Below are positions 1 to 13,319 of a stretch of DNA of 64,000 nt, in pieces (the first letter of the stretch is position 1; each line of letters begins with the position of its first letter). The notes under the pieces are model-generated. The model was given only the letters and a program-made list of their open reading frames with translations. It was not told the DNA's origin and did no database searches. Made by a program: the position numbers and the translations under genes. The stretch comes from Macrostomum lignano (lineage: Eukaryota): the NCBI GenBank assembly GCA_002269645.1, contig NIVC01000874.1, positions 248,001-312,000 on the forward strand. Direction: 5' to 3'.

Positions 1-160
1 ATTGGCTCAAGAAGGTGTGAGATTGGCTCAAGAAGGTGTGGGATTGGCTCAGTGAAGGGTGTGGGATTGGCTCAAGGTGTGGGATTGGCTCACTGAAGGG
101 TGTGGTATTAACTCACTGAAGGGTGTGGTATTGGCTCAGTGAAGGTGTGGGATGGCTCAA
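1..160. repeat. Degenerate ~21-bp tandem repeat (GGATTGGCTCAAGAAGGTGTG-like)
   Basis: Motif ggattggctca...gaaggtgtg recurs about 6 times at the window start. Confidence 0.7.
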
Positions 161-247
161 CTCTGCGAAATGGCGTGTGTGGAGACTTAGAACAAGTGTG
201 GGACGGTTAGAAAAGGTGTGGGAAGGCTCAACAATACCGTGACTCAC

Positions 248-340
248 CAGCGTAGATGAAGCTGTCCGCAGGTACCAGATGTTCGCCTTTAGGTTTCTTT
301 CTTGGTAGTAAAAGCAGAGACACGCGTTTTCTGAGACAGC
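248..340 (-). CDS. dlg1: Probable dlg internal exon (93 bp, phase 1-1; GCLRKRVSLLLLPRKKPKGEHLVPADSFIYA)
   Basis: Acceptor ttttgctttcag and donor GTGAGT on the minus strand; open in the frame handed on by the phase-1 donor at 2902. No recognisable domain, so assignment rests on phase and strand only. Confidence 0.5.
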
Positions 341-515
341 CTGAAAGCAAAACGAGTTGCAGCCTGAAGACTTTCGGTTCTTATGGGGCCAGAGCGAGAG
401 AAAAGGTATTAAAATAATAAAAGCTGACAACATAAAAGTAGACAAACAGATAAACAAAGGGGAACTTTTATAAACACTTGCATGTCAATCTTTAATTAGA
501 GGGCAAAGACGAAGA

Positions 516-880
516 CCAGTGTACAGTGTACACACGGGAGGGGGTAGAGGGCAGCGAGGAACACGGCTAGCCAGTGTACACACGGGCGGGGGTAGAGGGC
601 AGGGAGGAACACGGCTAGCCAGTGTACACACGGGCGGGGGTAGAGGGCAGGGAGGAACACGGCTAGTCAGTGTACACACGGGCGGGGGTAGAGGGCAGCG
701 AGGAACACGGCTAGCCAGTGTACACACGGGCGGGGGTAGAGGGCAGCGAGGAACACGGCTAGCCAGTGTACACACGGGCGGGGGTAGAGGGCAGGGAGGA
801 ACACGGCTAGCCAGTGTACACACGGGCGGGGGTAGAGGGCAGCGAGGAACACGGCTAGCCAGTGTACACACGGGCGGGGT
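516..880. repeat. 48-bp minisatellite (~7.5 copies)
   Basis: Unit ccagtgtacacacgggcgggggtagagggcag(c/g)gaggaacacggctag; explains the spurious 16-aa-repeat ORFs. Confidence 0.95.
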
Positions 881-1621
881 TATCAAACAAGATCATGAAA
901 AGATAATAAAATGCATAGAAATTAAAATTTAGTAAAACATGGCAGCATGACAGACTTGATACTGCAATATAAATGGACTACTTTGCATTTAGCTACTGAA
1001 CATGTACAATATCAATTGCGCACGCCAAAAGGAGGCATTTAGTTTCCGCAGACACCGAAAGCTGGAAAATATCCGGTTGAAAGCTATCGGAAATTTTTAA
1101 TAGGCAGACAAAATGGGCAACAGGCGATCGGGCCCGCGCGCACAACTCTAATTATCTGCTGCGCCCGGGAGTTCCCGACAGGCAGAACTTTCCCGAAATG
1201 GCCCACTAGAGGCTTGAATTTGAGAGCTCCCCGGGGGAGGGCAGGGGTAGCGTGATGGTTGAGCTGAGAAACCCGATACTGTGAGCACCGAGATGCCGCC
1301 CCCTTCCACTACCCCGAGCAAGCGGGTTGGCACCGGATCTGCGTGTTCCACGGTTCCACGAGTTTCAACCCGCGCCAGGCCATCTCGAATGCCGAAATTG
1401 GTCGAAGCTCGAAGTTTGCATCGGACTGGGGCATCCAGTTTCAATGGGGTGGAGCGGCAACTGCGGATACACAGCAAAATATTCGCTGAGGGGGGAGGTT
1501 AATATTTTGGGTAGGGCTTGGTGATCGTTCTGATTCTGAAGCCCTGAAGGCCCTGACGCCAAGAATTTTAAAGCCTAATAAGAAACGTCTAAAAGACAGG
1601 AATGTAGGATGCCTGAAGTAT

Positions 1622-2325
1622 GAGGCCCTGAAGGTCCTGAGGCCCTGAAGGTCCTGAGGCCCTGAAGGTCCTGAGGCCCTGAAGGTCCTGAGGCCCTGAA
1701 GGTCCTGAGGCCCTGAAGGTCCTGAGGCCCTGAAGGTCCTGAGGCCCTGAGGCCCTGAAGGTCCTGAGGCCCTGAAGGTCCTGAGGCCCTGAAGGTCCTG
1801 AGGCCCTGAAGGTCCTGAAGCCCTGAAGGTCCTGAGGCCCTGAAGGTCCTGAGGCCCTGAAGGTCCTGAGGCCCTGAAGGTCCTGAGGCCCTGAAGGTCC
1901 TGAGGCCCTGAAGGTCCTGAGGCCCTGAAGGTCCTGAGGCCCTGAAGGTCCTGAGGCCCTGAAGGTCCTGAGGCCCTGAAGGTCCTGAGGCCCTGAAGGT
2001 CCTGAGGCCCTGAAGGTCCTGAGGCCCTGAAGGTCCTGAGGCCCTGAAGGTCCTGAGGCCCTGAAGGTCCTGAGGCCCTGAAGGTCCTGAGGCCCTGAAG
2101 GTCCTGAGGCCCTGAAGGTCCTGAGGCCCTGAAGGTCCTGAGGCCCTGAAGGTCCTGAGGCCCTGAAGGTCCTGAGGCCCTGAAGGTCCTGAGGCCCTGA
2201 AGGTCCTGAGGCCCTGAAGGTCCTGAGGCCCTGAAGGTCCTGAGGCCCTGAAGGTCCTGAGGCCCTGAAGGTCCTGAGGCCCTGAAGGTCCTGAGGCCCT
2301 GAAGGTCCTGAGGCCCTGAAGGTCC
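1622..2325. repeat. 17-bp minisatellite (GAGGCCCTGAAGGTCCT)n, ~40 copies
   Basis: Near-perfect tandem array with degenerate copies on both flanks. Confidence 0.97.
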
Positions 2326-2841
2326 TACTGAAGGAGAAACTGAGGTCTTGGAGTTTTGAGGCCCTGAAGGTTTTGAGGGTACTGATGCCCGTGAAAGTCT
2401 TGAGGCACTGAGGGTCCTGAGGTCATGAAGGTATTTCAGCGAGGCTTTAAGCTAAAGCACAGAAAGCTACAAAGCTACACAATATTGCATAAAAACGCAA
2501 AAAGTCCCGATAGTCACGAGTTAATAACATAAAAAAGCATTTAACACACAGACAGGCCATGCAGAAATAAAGAATACAGTACTCAAATGGCTAACGCTGG
2601 GGCTAACTGAACTCAACAAGGAAAAATATGTAACACAATATGCGCGGCGATTTTTTATCAGGGCAGCAAAAACTCTCACTGCCCTATGACTACTGTGCTT
2701 ACCTTTCAGGCTGGCGCGATGGGACAGCAGAGGCGCACACCGGCTTGGGAACACTCCGGGCCTACTCAAGCGGCTGTGACTTTGCAGTGTATGCGTAACC
2801 CACAGATACACCACCCGCGAGCCTTATACACTCTGCTGCCT

Positions 2842-2842
<1 letters not shown>

Positions 2843-2902
<60 letters not shown>
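2843..2902. repeat. (CA)n microsatellite
   Basis: Direct reading; on the minus strand it begins with the GT of the donor of exon 2903-2987. Confidence 0.97.
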
Positions 2903-2904
<2 letters not shown>

Positions 2905-2987
2905 GCAGACTGATCATTCGGACTCTCACCAGGTGCAAATTCTAATGCCGCAGTGTCGGTGGGCAAGAGCTGCTGCTGCTGCTGCTG
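2903..2987 (-). CDS. dlg1: dlg exon segment 3' of the LINE insertion (QQQQQQLLPTDTAALEFAPGESPNDQSA)
   Basis: CAG tract continues in frame with the CAG/CAA tract at 5059-5076 on the other side of the LINE; ends at donor G|GTGTGT. Confidence 0.65.
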
Positions 2988-2990
2988 CTG

Positions 2991-5058
2991 TGTGTGTCTT
3001 CGGCTGGGCGGGTTCCCTCATTGCACCCACTCAGGGTGCGTGCACTTCAGGAACCCTAGCACCTTCGCTTCATCTCCCAGATCCTCCAGACCTTGAATAC
3101 CAAAACGCGCCCTCTCCTTATGCCACCTGTCGCACCACACCCAGTGGTCCTTGTCCTCTTCCTCACCGCAGTCCTGACAACTCGCCTTTGCCTCAGCACC
3201 GATTTTTTGTCGCCAGTAGGCCGTCTTCTTGCATTGACCACATCTGAGTTGGGCGAGTGTGGTCTCCGTGCTACGATTTTCAGCGCATTTGTTAGTTTTG
3301 TGCTTGTAGACCCTACGGAGACGCTCATCAGAGGGCGGGGGCGCCGGCTCCTTCCTGATGGCCGCCTTTACACAGTTCCACATGACGGGGACGTCGTCCT
3401 GCGGTAGAGCCGCTGCTTCCTTAGCCTCCTGGTCGACATCCTCGTTGCCCGCGACACCAACATGACCGGGTACCCACTGCAGCACCACTCTGGTAACTTG
3501 GCTAATCTCACGGAGTCTACTGATCAGGCGGTACGACGTGGTATCCTGGGTAGCTTTCTCGCTGCTGAGCTTGAGGAGGGCCGATTTACAGTCCGTCAGG
3601 ATGATGGCATTTCGCGGCTTGGCCTCCGCAATGGTATCCAGTGCCAGCTCCAGGGCTCGCTCCTCCGCAACCAGGGAGCTGCACCACTCCCCGGCCGCCG
3701 CTTTCTTGACGCGTCTCTCCGTGTCAAAGTACACGACACAAGCTGCACCACCCTTACGCTGCCCTTCTCCAACAGACCCATCCGTGTAGATTGACAAATC
3801 GAATTCGCCCCAGGCGTTAATGGTGTCGATCGTCTCTGTGGCGAGGTTGCTGTCACCCTTCTTTCCTCCGCGAATAAGCTCCGTAGCGATCACGACGCCG
3901 TCCATATGTAGCCGTCTCCACGGCGGGTGTCTCTTTCTGGTGAAGCCCTCTCTGGGGTGGGTCGACCTCCTCAGGCATTCCTCTCTGGCCTGATCCCTCC
4001 ACCCTTTGTTCGCCTGAAGTCTGCGGTTTCCGGTTCTTTCACTACACTCCCTGAGCGGGTCTCCCTCTGGGGCTCTGGTGGCCTTTTCCCAGGCCAGCAT
4101 CGCCCTTTTGCGCGCTTGATAACGGATCGGCTCGATATTAGTCTCCACGTACACCGCTTCAATGGGGTGGAACGCACCAGTCCCGCAGCTAGACGGAGAC
4201 ATTCTCTCTGAGCACGTTCGAGTTTTTCAAAGCTAGTGCTGGACAGCCAGGGGAGCCACGCTGGGGCGCAGTACCAGATACAACTCTCAACAATACTTTT
4301 GTAGATCAACAGGAGTTCCTCGGTCCTCCAGCCCCAGCTGGTATTAGCCAGGACACGGATAGCTCTAACTCTGCGTTTCATTTTGTTTAGCACGGCCTCC
4401 GTATGAGCCGCGAACGTTAAGCCGCCATCGATGGTGATACCCAGGTATTTAAGTTTCCTCACAGTGGCGATAGTGCGGCCGGCGATCGTGAGTCCCGTGA
4501 CAGCAGACTTGTCCTTAGGAGATCTACTAAAAATACAACATTCGCATTTGGTTGGATTTAGCTCTATCTTCAGCACTTTGGCCCACCTCTCGATCTTAAT
4601 CAGCGCTCTCTGGATGGTATCTCTGACCTCCGAGTACACGGTACCAGAGGCCCAGATGGCGAGGTCGTCGGCGAAGCCGCCATATTCCACGCCCTGCTCG
4701 GTGAGGCCGTTCCAGCCGTTAGCGTAAAGGAGGAATAACGCTGGGGAGCTCACCGCTCCTTGCGGCAGTCCCTCCTGGAAGCGTCTGAATTTGCTGGTCT
4801 CATCGCCCACGCGCACTCTGCCTTTGCGGTCCTCCAGGAAGCTGGCGAACCACTTAACGAGGTGCGCTGGGACTTTTTCTTCCAGCATTCTATCCATCAA
4901 TTTGACCCGCCACACTCTCTCGTATGCTTTGGAGCAGTCCAGGGTGACGGCAACGGTCTTGAGCGGGCGGCGCTCCTCCCAGCCATCCTGGATGGATTGC
5001 ACTAACCGGATCACTTGCTCTTCAGTGCTGCGGCCTCTTTGGAAGCCCGCCTGCCAAC
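2991..5058 (-). mobile_element. 5'-truncated non-LTR retrotransposon (RT + RNase H + C-terminal Cys/His motif; I-group-like)
   Basis: RT motifs WQAGFQRGRST, LDCSKAYE, GLPQGAVSSP, FADD, YLG; RNase H motifs IYTDGS, LTDCKS, WVPGH; CQDC...H..WC. One frameshift near 4160 in a C-run. 12-bp direct repeat ACAGCAGCAGCA (minus strand) at both ends; short (AC)n tail. Confidence 0.93.
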
Positions 5059-5390
5059 TTGCTGCTGCTGTTGCTGATAGCGCTCTGAGGACTCCGCAGC
5101 AGCCTCCGCAGCAGCCGCCGCGGCAGCCTCCTCGGCCTCCTCCTCCATGCCGATGAGCACCGCCAGCTGCTCGGGGCTGGGCTTCACCACAGACAGCAGG
5201 ACCTCCTGGCCGGTGCGCTTCAGTGCCGCTACCGCCTCCTCGTGGGTGACGCCGCGCAGGGAGGCGCCGTTCACCGACACAAGGCGGTCGCCGACAGCGA
5301 TTCGGCCGTCCAGTTGTGCGGCGCCGCCTTCGATCAGCTTCGTGATGAAGATGCCGCTGTCGCCTGGCAGGTGCTCGTTGTGCATTCCGC
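5059..5390 (-). CDS. dlg1: dlg exon encoding most of PDZ2
   Basis: GGMHNEHLPGDSGIFITKLIEGGAAQLDGRIAVGDRLVSVNG...VTHEEAVAALK matches Dlg PDZ2; acceptor tccctcag is phase 1, joining FSIA-G of the previous exon. Confidence 0.92.
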
Positions 5391-5404
5391 CTGAGGGACG
5401 ATTG

Positions 5405-5900
5405 AGTGGGTCAGCGACTGGTTAATGTGGATCAGCGACTGGTTAATGTGGGTCAGCGACTGGTTGATGTGGGTCAGCGACTGGTTGATGTGGGTCAGCG
5501 ACTGGTTAATGTGGGTCAGCGACTGGTTGATGTGGGTCAGCGACTGGTTGATTTGGGTCAGCGACTGGTTGATGTGGGTCAGCGACTGGTTGATTTGGGT
5601 CAGCGACTGGTTAATTTGGGTCAGCGACTGGTTAATGTGGTTCAGCGACTGTGTGATGTGGGTCAGCGACTGGTTAATGTGGTTCAGCGACTGTGTGATG
5701 TGGGTCAGCGACTGGTTAACGTGGGTCAGCGACTGGTTGATGTGGGTCAGCGATTGGTTAATGTGGGTCAGCGACTGGTTAATGTGGGTCAGCAAATGGG
5801 TGATGTGGGTCAGCGACTGAGTGATGTGGGTCAGCGACTTGGTGATGTGGGTCAGCGACTGAGTGATGTGGGTCAGCGACTGGTTGATGTGGGTGAGCGA
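5405..5900. repeat. 21-bp intronic minisatellite (GTGGGTCAGCGACTGGTTRAT)n
   Basis: About 23 copies filling the 5391-6083 dlg intron. Confidence 0.95.
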
Positions 5901-6083
5901 CGGGGTCAGGTGACTCAGTCAGGTAGGTCAGAGACTAGGTCTAGTGAGTCAGAAATGGGTCAGGACCTGAATGGAGTGGGTCATGGTACTAAAGGCAATA
6001 CTACAGAAACAAGCAGAGACGGCATGTGTGCCACCCATTTTTGGCATTTAATGGAGCAAGCATTAAGGGCGGCAGCCCCTCAC

Positions 6084-6697
6084 CGGCAATGCTGAAGCCG
6101 AGGCCCCTGGCCGTCTTGTTCAGCAGCACGCGAGTCTCCTGCTGATGCTCGCCGAAGATCGCCGAGGCGGCAGCGCCCAGGACGGCGCCAGCGGCCGGCA
6201 GCGGCGGGGTTGGCGCGGGTCCCCGCAGCACCAGGAGGCGCAGGCGGCTGCCCGCCAGCTTCAGCGCCTCCACAGCCTCTGCGTGGGTGACACAAGAGAC
6301 GTCGACGCCGTTGACCCGAAGCAGCGCGTCGCCAACAGCCAGGCGGCCTTCGGCGGCTCCGCCGGGCACCAAGCGGGTGACGCGGATCCGTGGGTCCTCG
6401 GCGGCCGCCGCCGGCGCCGGGGCGTCCGAGCCGCCGGCGATGCTGAAGCCGAAGCCGAGGCCTGACCGCTCGAGCGTCACCTCGAAGGTGGACGCCGGCT
6501 GCGTCAGCGACGAGGCCGACGGCGAGGCGGCGTCTTCGCTCGGTGGCAGCGGCGGAGGCGGCGTGGGCGGAGCCGGCCGCTGCAGATGTTCGCCGCCGTT
6601 GTTGCGGCCGCCGCTGAAGTCCGCCAGCTGGTCAAAGTCGCGCTCGGAGGTCGGCGCGGCGAACTGATGATTTTGCTGCTGCGGGCGACGGTGACAG
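6084..6697 (-). CDS. dlg1: dlg exon encoding PDZ1 and the start of PDZ2
   Basis: FEVTLERSGLGFGFSIAGG...IRVTRLVPGGAAEGRLAVGDALLRVNGVDV...THAEAVEALK, then LNKTARGLGFSIAG; donor G|GTGAGG at 6083. The 5' acceptor position is tentative. Confidence 0.9.
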
Positions 6698-7134
6698 CTG
6701 ACTGACTGACTGACTGACTGACTGCCTGACTGACTGACTGACTGACTGACTGACTGACTGACTGACTGACTGACTGACTGCCTGCCTGACTGCCTGACTG
6801 ACTGCCTGACTGACTGACTGACTGACTGACTGACTGACTGACTGACTGACTGACTGACTGACTGACTGACTGACTGACTGACTGACTGACTGACTGACTG
6901 ACTGACTGACTGACTGACTGACTGACTGACTGACTGACTGACTGACTGACTGACTGACTGACTGACTGACTGACTGACTGACTGACTGACTGACTGACTG
7001 ACTGCCTGACTGACTGACTGACTGACTGACTGACTGACTGACTGACTGACTGACTGACTGACTGACTGACTGACTGACTGACTGACTGACTGACTGACTG
7101 ACTGACTGACTGACTGACTGACTGACTGACTGAC
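6698..7134. repeat. (CTGA)n tetranucleotide microsatellite, ~105 copies
   Basis: Direct reading, with occasional CTGC variants. Confidence 0.97.
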
Positions 7135-7349
7135 TATAAAGATCTCCCAGCAGAATTTACCAGAGCCAGCCAAGCCGCCTGCTTCGCTAGCAGTGACCCA
7201 CCCCTGTCCTCCCCGCCAGCGCAAATTGGCCGTGAACCCCCCCCCCCCACCCCAGGGGCCTCATTAAACAGGCGGTCAGGGTGTGGGCTGGGGTTGGGCA
7301 ATAAAAGGCTGTGGGATTCGCCGGAATCGCCGCCGGCAGCCGGGATTTA

Positions 7350-7420
7350 GCGGCGGCACCGAGCTGAGCACCTGGAATCGAACCCGGGACCTCCAGATAT
7401 TATCTCAATGCTCTATCGGT
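7350..7420 (-). other. tRNA-like T-arm/B-box sequence (possible SINE remnant)
   Basis: Minus strand reads GGAGGTCCCGGGTTCGATTCC; no complete cloverleaf found. A similar GGGTTCGATTCC occurs at ~63841 on the plus strand. Confidence 0.35.
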
Positions 7421-8594
7421 ATTCGGGCGCTGAGCTTTGCGACTTTAGCGGACACAGGGGGGGGGCAATAATTTGAGCTTGCGGGCAGCCACGCCAGCTC
7501 GGGACGCGCGGATGGGTAGAAATCCCACTTCTTAGCTGCCCCTCCAGTGGGAATTGAGCCATCAGAGCGGCCACCAGAGCTGCTCATCCTCTCTCGTCTC
7601 TGCACACGCTCGGCCATCAAGACCGAAGCCGGCCCGACACCCCCCGGGTCCCAGACACGCAGGGCAGCGGGCAGACGCACTTTACAACCGCGCCAGGCCC
7701 AGCCACACGAACTGTTGGCTGACTAAATTTTTATACATCTGTGCCCGAGCGGCGTCCCCCCAACCTAGACAGCGGGACGGAGATGAGGCCCAGCGGAGGC
7801 TGGAGAATGCTCTCCCGCGGGCTAGTCGATAGGCTTGGCCGGTTGGATAAGAGGGCCGAAAAAAGCTAAATTGACCCGCCGGTTGAAGCCGCTGCTGGCC
7901 GGAGAAACTTCGGTGGGGGGGGGGCACTGCCCAGCTCCATCCTGCCCAGCTCCATCCTACCCGGCTTCATCCTGCCCAGTCTCCGGGCAATGAAATTAAC
8001 GACCAAGCCAGCAGCCTCAGTAAGTGTGTTAGCATTAGCACAGCTGATAAAATATTAGGCCTGCAATGAAAATTTAAATTGCCTCACAGATTTTTGTGCT
8101 CAAGAAGAAAAAAATACTTCCCCAAGCACTTGGCCGCCCACTTGACCTGCAGAAGAATAATGGCTCCATCATGAGATCTGTGAACTAGTCAGTGCAGCAT
8201 TAGGCCCTGCCGAACTCGGAGACAGGCAGACAGAGTTGCTGCTCTATCTGCCTCATCCCAAGCCAACTCGGAAAACTGTGCGGATATGAATGCGTGCCAC
8301 AGCCTGCGGGATCCCCTGCGACTTTCTCCCCAGTTCCCTCGCCAGCCTGCCGGCTTATCAATAATGAAACAGCTTTCCCGCTCTCTGCAACATCCAGCAG
8401 CAGCAGCAATAAGCTGCTTGTACCGCAGTCCTGCCCAACTACAAGCCCGCCAGTCACGCGAAACCGCCGAACCCTCAGCTGACCCCCCCCCCCTGGCAAC
8501 TTTGCTTCGCTAAGCATAGGCACAGAACTAGAAAGACTGTCCTTCTGAGCTGACCTCCCTGACAGCTCAGCTTCATATATTGGATACAAAATAA

Positions 8595-9790
8595 CCCCTC
8601 AGCTGACCCCCCTGACAGCTCAGCTTCATTTATCATAGGCATAAGTTTGACTCCCTCAGCTGACCCCCCCCTGACAGCTCAGCTTCATTTATCATAGGCA
8701 TAAGTTTGACTCCCTCAGCTGACCCCCCTGACAGCTCAGCTTCATTTATCATAGGCATAAGTTTGACTCCCTCAGCTGACCCCCCTGACAGCTCAGCTTC
8801 ATTTATCACAGGCATAAGTTTGACTCCCTCAGCTGACCCCCCTGACAGCTCAGCTTCATTTATCATAGGCATAAGTTTGACTCCCTCAGCTGACCCCCCT
8901 GACAGCTCAGCTTCATTTATCATAGGCATAAGTTTGACTCCCTCAGCTGACCCCCCTGACAGCTCAGCTTCATTTATCATAGGCATAAGTTTGACTCCCT
9001 CAGCTGACCCCCCCCCCTGACAGCTCAGCTACATTTATCATAGGCATAAGTTTGACTCCTTCAGCTGACCCCCCCTGACAGCTCAGCTTCATTTATCACA
9101 GGCATAAGTTTGACTCCCTCAGCTGACCCCCCCCTGACAGCTCAGCTACATTTATCATAGGCATAAGTTTGACTCCCTCAGCTGACCCCCCTGACAGCTC
9201 AGCTACATTTATCACAGGCATAAGTTTGACTCCCTCAGCTGACCCCCCCTGACAGCTCAGCTTCATTTATCACAGGCATAAGTTTGACTCCTTCAGCTGA
9301 CCCCCCCCTGACAGCTCAGCTACGTCGTAGGCATAAGTTTGACTCCCTCAGCTGACCCCCCCTGACAGCTCAGCTACATTTATCACAGGCATAAGTTTGA
9401 ATCCCTCAGCTGACCCCCCCCTGACAGCTCAGCTACATTTATCACAGGCATAAGTTTGACTCCCTCAGCTGACCCCCCCTGACAGCTCAGCTTCATTTAT
9501 CACAGGCATAAGTTTGACTCCCTCAGCTGACCCCCCCCCTGACAGCTCAGCTACGTCGTAGGCATAAGTTTGACTCCCTCAGCTGACCCCCCCTGACAGC
9601 TCAGCTACATTTATCACAGGCATAAGTTTGACTCCCTCAGCGGACCCCCCCTGACAGCTCAGCTACATTTATCACAGGCATAAGTTTGACTCCCTCAGCG
9701 GACCCCCCTGACAGCTCAGCTACATTTATCACAGGCATAAGTTTGAATCCCTCAGCTGACCGCCCTGACAGCTCATCTACATTTATCACA
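8595..9790. repeat. ~57-bp minisatellite with variable C-run, ~20 copies
   Basis: Unit ctcagctgac(c)n tgacagctcagct(t/a)catttatca(t/c)aggcataagtttgactcc. Confidence 0.95.
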
Positions 9791-10499
9791 GGCACAAAAC
9801 TCTCAACTGCCCCCCCCCCCCTGACAGCTCAGCCTCACTACTCAGAGGCACTGGACTAGAACAGGCAGTCCCCCTATAGAACTGATAAGTATGAAAAGCC
9901 AGTCTATTAATATCGGTAATTAAGTCGGGAAGCCATGTACATGCAAGCGAGGCCATACCGAAGCCCGCCATCCATCACCCAGCGGCCGATCGCCCATTCC
10001 CCCATCCGACCTCGGCTGGAGGAACTTTGCTTTCGCCGCCACGTCGAGTCTGTTAATCAACTGGGACAAGAGAGTGGAGAGGGGACAGGATGGGAAAATG
10101 GGATCGCTGGGATGCAGCTGGGATTATATTGAATACCCCCGGCCTGCTCAGACAGCAGGCTCCTCAGCGCTAATCATAATTAACATTCCAGCCGGCATCT
10201 CCCACTCAATCAATCCCCGATCCCCGGGATGCCGCGGACGAAACCGAGATTGCATTAAAGACACGGCGCGCACGCGCCACCAGATTACATTACAGACTGC
10301 GGAAACAATGCCGGGAAGGCCGTCCCGATCCCCATAGCAACCAACTCAAAATGGCTTGGACTTGACCCTGCCAATCACTGCAATGCCATGCCATATTTAT
10401 CCAGTTTTGAGTCGTTCCTGCCCCCACTAAAAAATCCCATTTTCATTAATCTGGCTGGGCAAACTTGCTCGGGTCCGCCCTGCCTATCTTGCCATCCCC

Positions 10500-11480
<981 letters not shown>

Positions 11481-12029
11481 TCTACCCGATTACAGAGCCA
11501 AGTTTCGGCGCAAATTTCATAGTAGCCCTGAGGAAGAACATAAAATATTCCAAATATCGGCACTTGCTTCGCTTAAGCATCTGCGTTACCGCGTCAGTGT
11601 TTTGGGGTTTTGAGGACTCTTCCTTCTCCCCCCTCCATCTGCCCGATTTCAGTTTTGGGGCAAAGTGCAGCCCGGCAGAGGCTGAGCGAACACAACTGCA
11701 CTGCCTCCTGGCTAAGCGGTCAGTAATAAGCGGGGCCACAGTGGCTCTCTGACCCCCTGTGCCCCACGCCTCTCTCTGGGCTAATTTATTCAGCCATGAT
11801 TTGCCACCACAGTCGGCACTTGCGGAATCTTTTCAGCTGCTCCTTCTAGAGCCAATTTTTTTGGGGGGGGGGCTAGAAATATGGAATAATAAATGAGATA
11901 TGGTTAATCACAGATGCGAAACATCGATAATCACGGGGTGAAATATTGATTGACACATGAGAAATTAATAATCACACATGGGATATTGAAACACGAGATA
12001 ATCGCACGTGAGGTCCGGATAATCACATA

Positions 12030-12700
12030 CAAGATATGGATAATCACATGAGATATGGATAATCACATGAGATATGGATAATCACATGAGATATGGATAA
12101 TCACATGAGATATGGATAATCACATGAGATATGGATAATCACATGAGATATGGATAATCACATGAGATATGGATAATCACATGAGATATGGATAATCACA
12201 TGAGATATGGATAATCACATGAGATATGGATAATCACATGAGATATGGATAATCACATGAGATATGGATAATCACATGAGATAGATAATCACATGAGATA
12301 GATAATCACATGAGATATGGATAATCACATGAGATATGGATAATCACGAGATAGATAATCACATGAGATATGGATAATCACATGAGATATGGATAATCAC
12401 ATGAGATATGGATAATCACATGAGATATGGATAATCACATGAGATATGGATAATCACATGAGATATGGATAATCACATGAGATATGGATAATCACATGAG
12501 ATATGGATAATCACATGAGATATGGATAATCACATGAGATATGGATAATCACATGAGATAGATAATCACATGAGATAGATAATCACATGAGATATGGATA
12601 ATCACATGAGATATGGATAATCACATGAGATATGGATAATCACATGAGATATGAATAATCACATGAGATATGGATAATCACATGAGATATGGATAATCTC
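12030..12700. repeat. 19-bp minisatellite (GATAATCACATGAGATATG)n, ~35 copies
   Basis: Direct reading. Confidence 0.96.
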
Positions 12701-12721
12701 ACGTCAGACATAAACAATCAC

Positions 12722-12885
12722 CTGCAACTGAGCCAGCCTGGCCAGGGAGGCAGCGGCGAGGCCGCCGGGCCCCGCCAGACCCTGAGAGTTGGACCAGCGC
12801 TCGGCGACCTTCATTGTCTCCAGCGTCTTCTGCTCTGTGCTCTTGCTGTCGTCCAGCAGAGTGGCTTCGTAGAATTCTTGAATCT
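12722..12885 (-). CDS. dlg1: dlg exon, second half of the L27 domain
   Basis: EIQEFYEATLLDDSKSTEQKTLETMKVAERW resembles Dlg1 DIQEFYEVTLLD; acceptor cgcgcag (phase 1), donor CAG|GTGATT (phase 0). Confidence 0.9.
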
Positions 12886-12934
12886 CTGCGCGGAATGGGA
12901 AATCAGGCATTGCGCTTTCACACCATGCAGTGAA

Positions 12935-13120
12935 ATCCTGCCAATACCATTCAGTGAACCCCTGCTGCCCCTGCCAATACCATTCAGTGAACCCCTACCA
13001 ATACCATTCAGTGAACTCCTGCCAATACCATTCAGTGAACCCCTGCCAATACCATTCAGTGAACCCCTGCCAATACCATTCACTGAACCCCTGCCAATAC
13101 CATTCAGTGAACCCCTGCTA
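12935..13120. repeat. 24-bp intronic minisatellite (ctgccaataccattcagtgaaccc)n
   Basis: About 7 copies within the 12886-13187 intron. Confidence 0.93.
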
Positions 13121-13187
13121 GCTCCAATCTTTCACCCAAACAGAGCTCAAGAACAAAAAGTACTTAAAACGCGATGAAAGTACAAAC

Positions 13188-13319
13188 CAAGAAGAGCATT
13201 GAAGAGCTTGGATTTGAATATTTTGATGACCCGCTCAATTGCACTGCGCAGTTGAATATCAGCAGGGGAGTTGAGCTGCCTGTGATACTCCTCCAGCAGC
13301 TCCAGGGCGCGGGTGGCGT
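13188..13319 (-). CDS. dlg1: dlg exon, first half of the L27 domain
   Basis: DATRALELLEEYHRQLNSPADIQLRSAIERVIKIFKSKLFNALL resembles Dlg1 DTQRALHLLEEY...[22 protein letters not shown]; acceptor aaacgcag, donor G|GTTTGT, both phase 1. The first (ATG) exon was not identified. Confidence 0.92.

Noticed and set aside
485-2325. Repetitive ORFs (PPPVCTLASRV, GGGRGQ...)
   Set aside because: Translations of the 48-bp and 17-bp minisatellites; no domain or splice support
2703-2800. Strong donor AG|GTAAGC at ~2702 suggesting another dlg exon
   Set aside because: No nearby acceptor gives an open frame from the preceding phase-1 donor; each tried hits TGA
5334-6095. ORFs with GQRLVDV / HINQSLT / WVSDWLM repeats
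   Set aside because: 21-bp intronic minisatellite, open only because the unit is a multiple of 3
8595-9790. CRISPR-like look of regularly spaced repeats (also 32928-34270 and 54607-55760)
   Set aside because: No unique spacers, no cas genes, eukaryotic context; plain tandem repeats
9960-10050. Exon-like segment (ttaacag ... GTATGG) on the minus strand
   Set aside because: Stops in phase 0 and has no homology; cannot be placed between the phase-0 and phase-2 dlg exons without data
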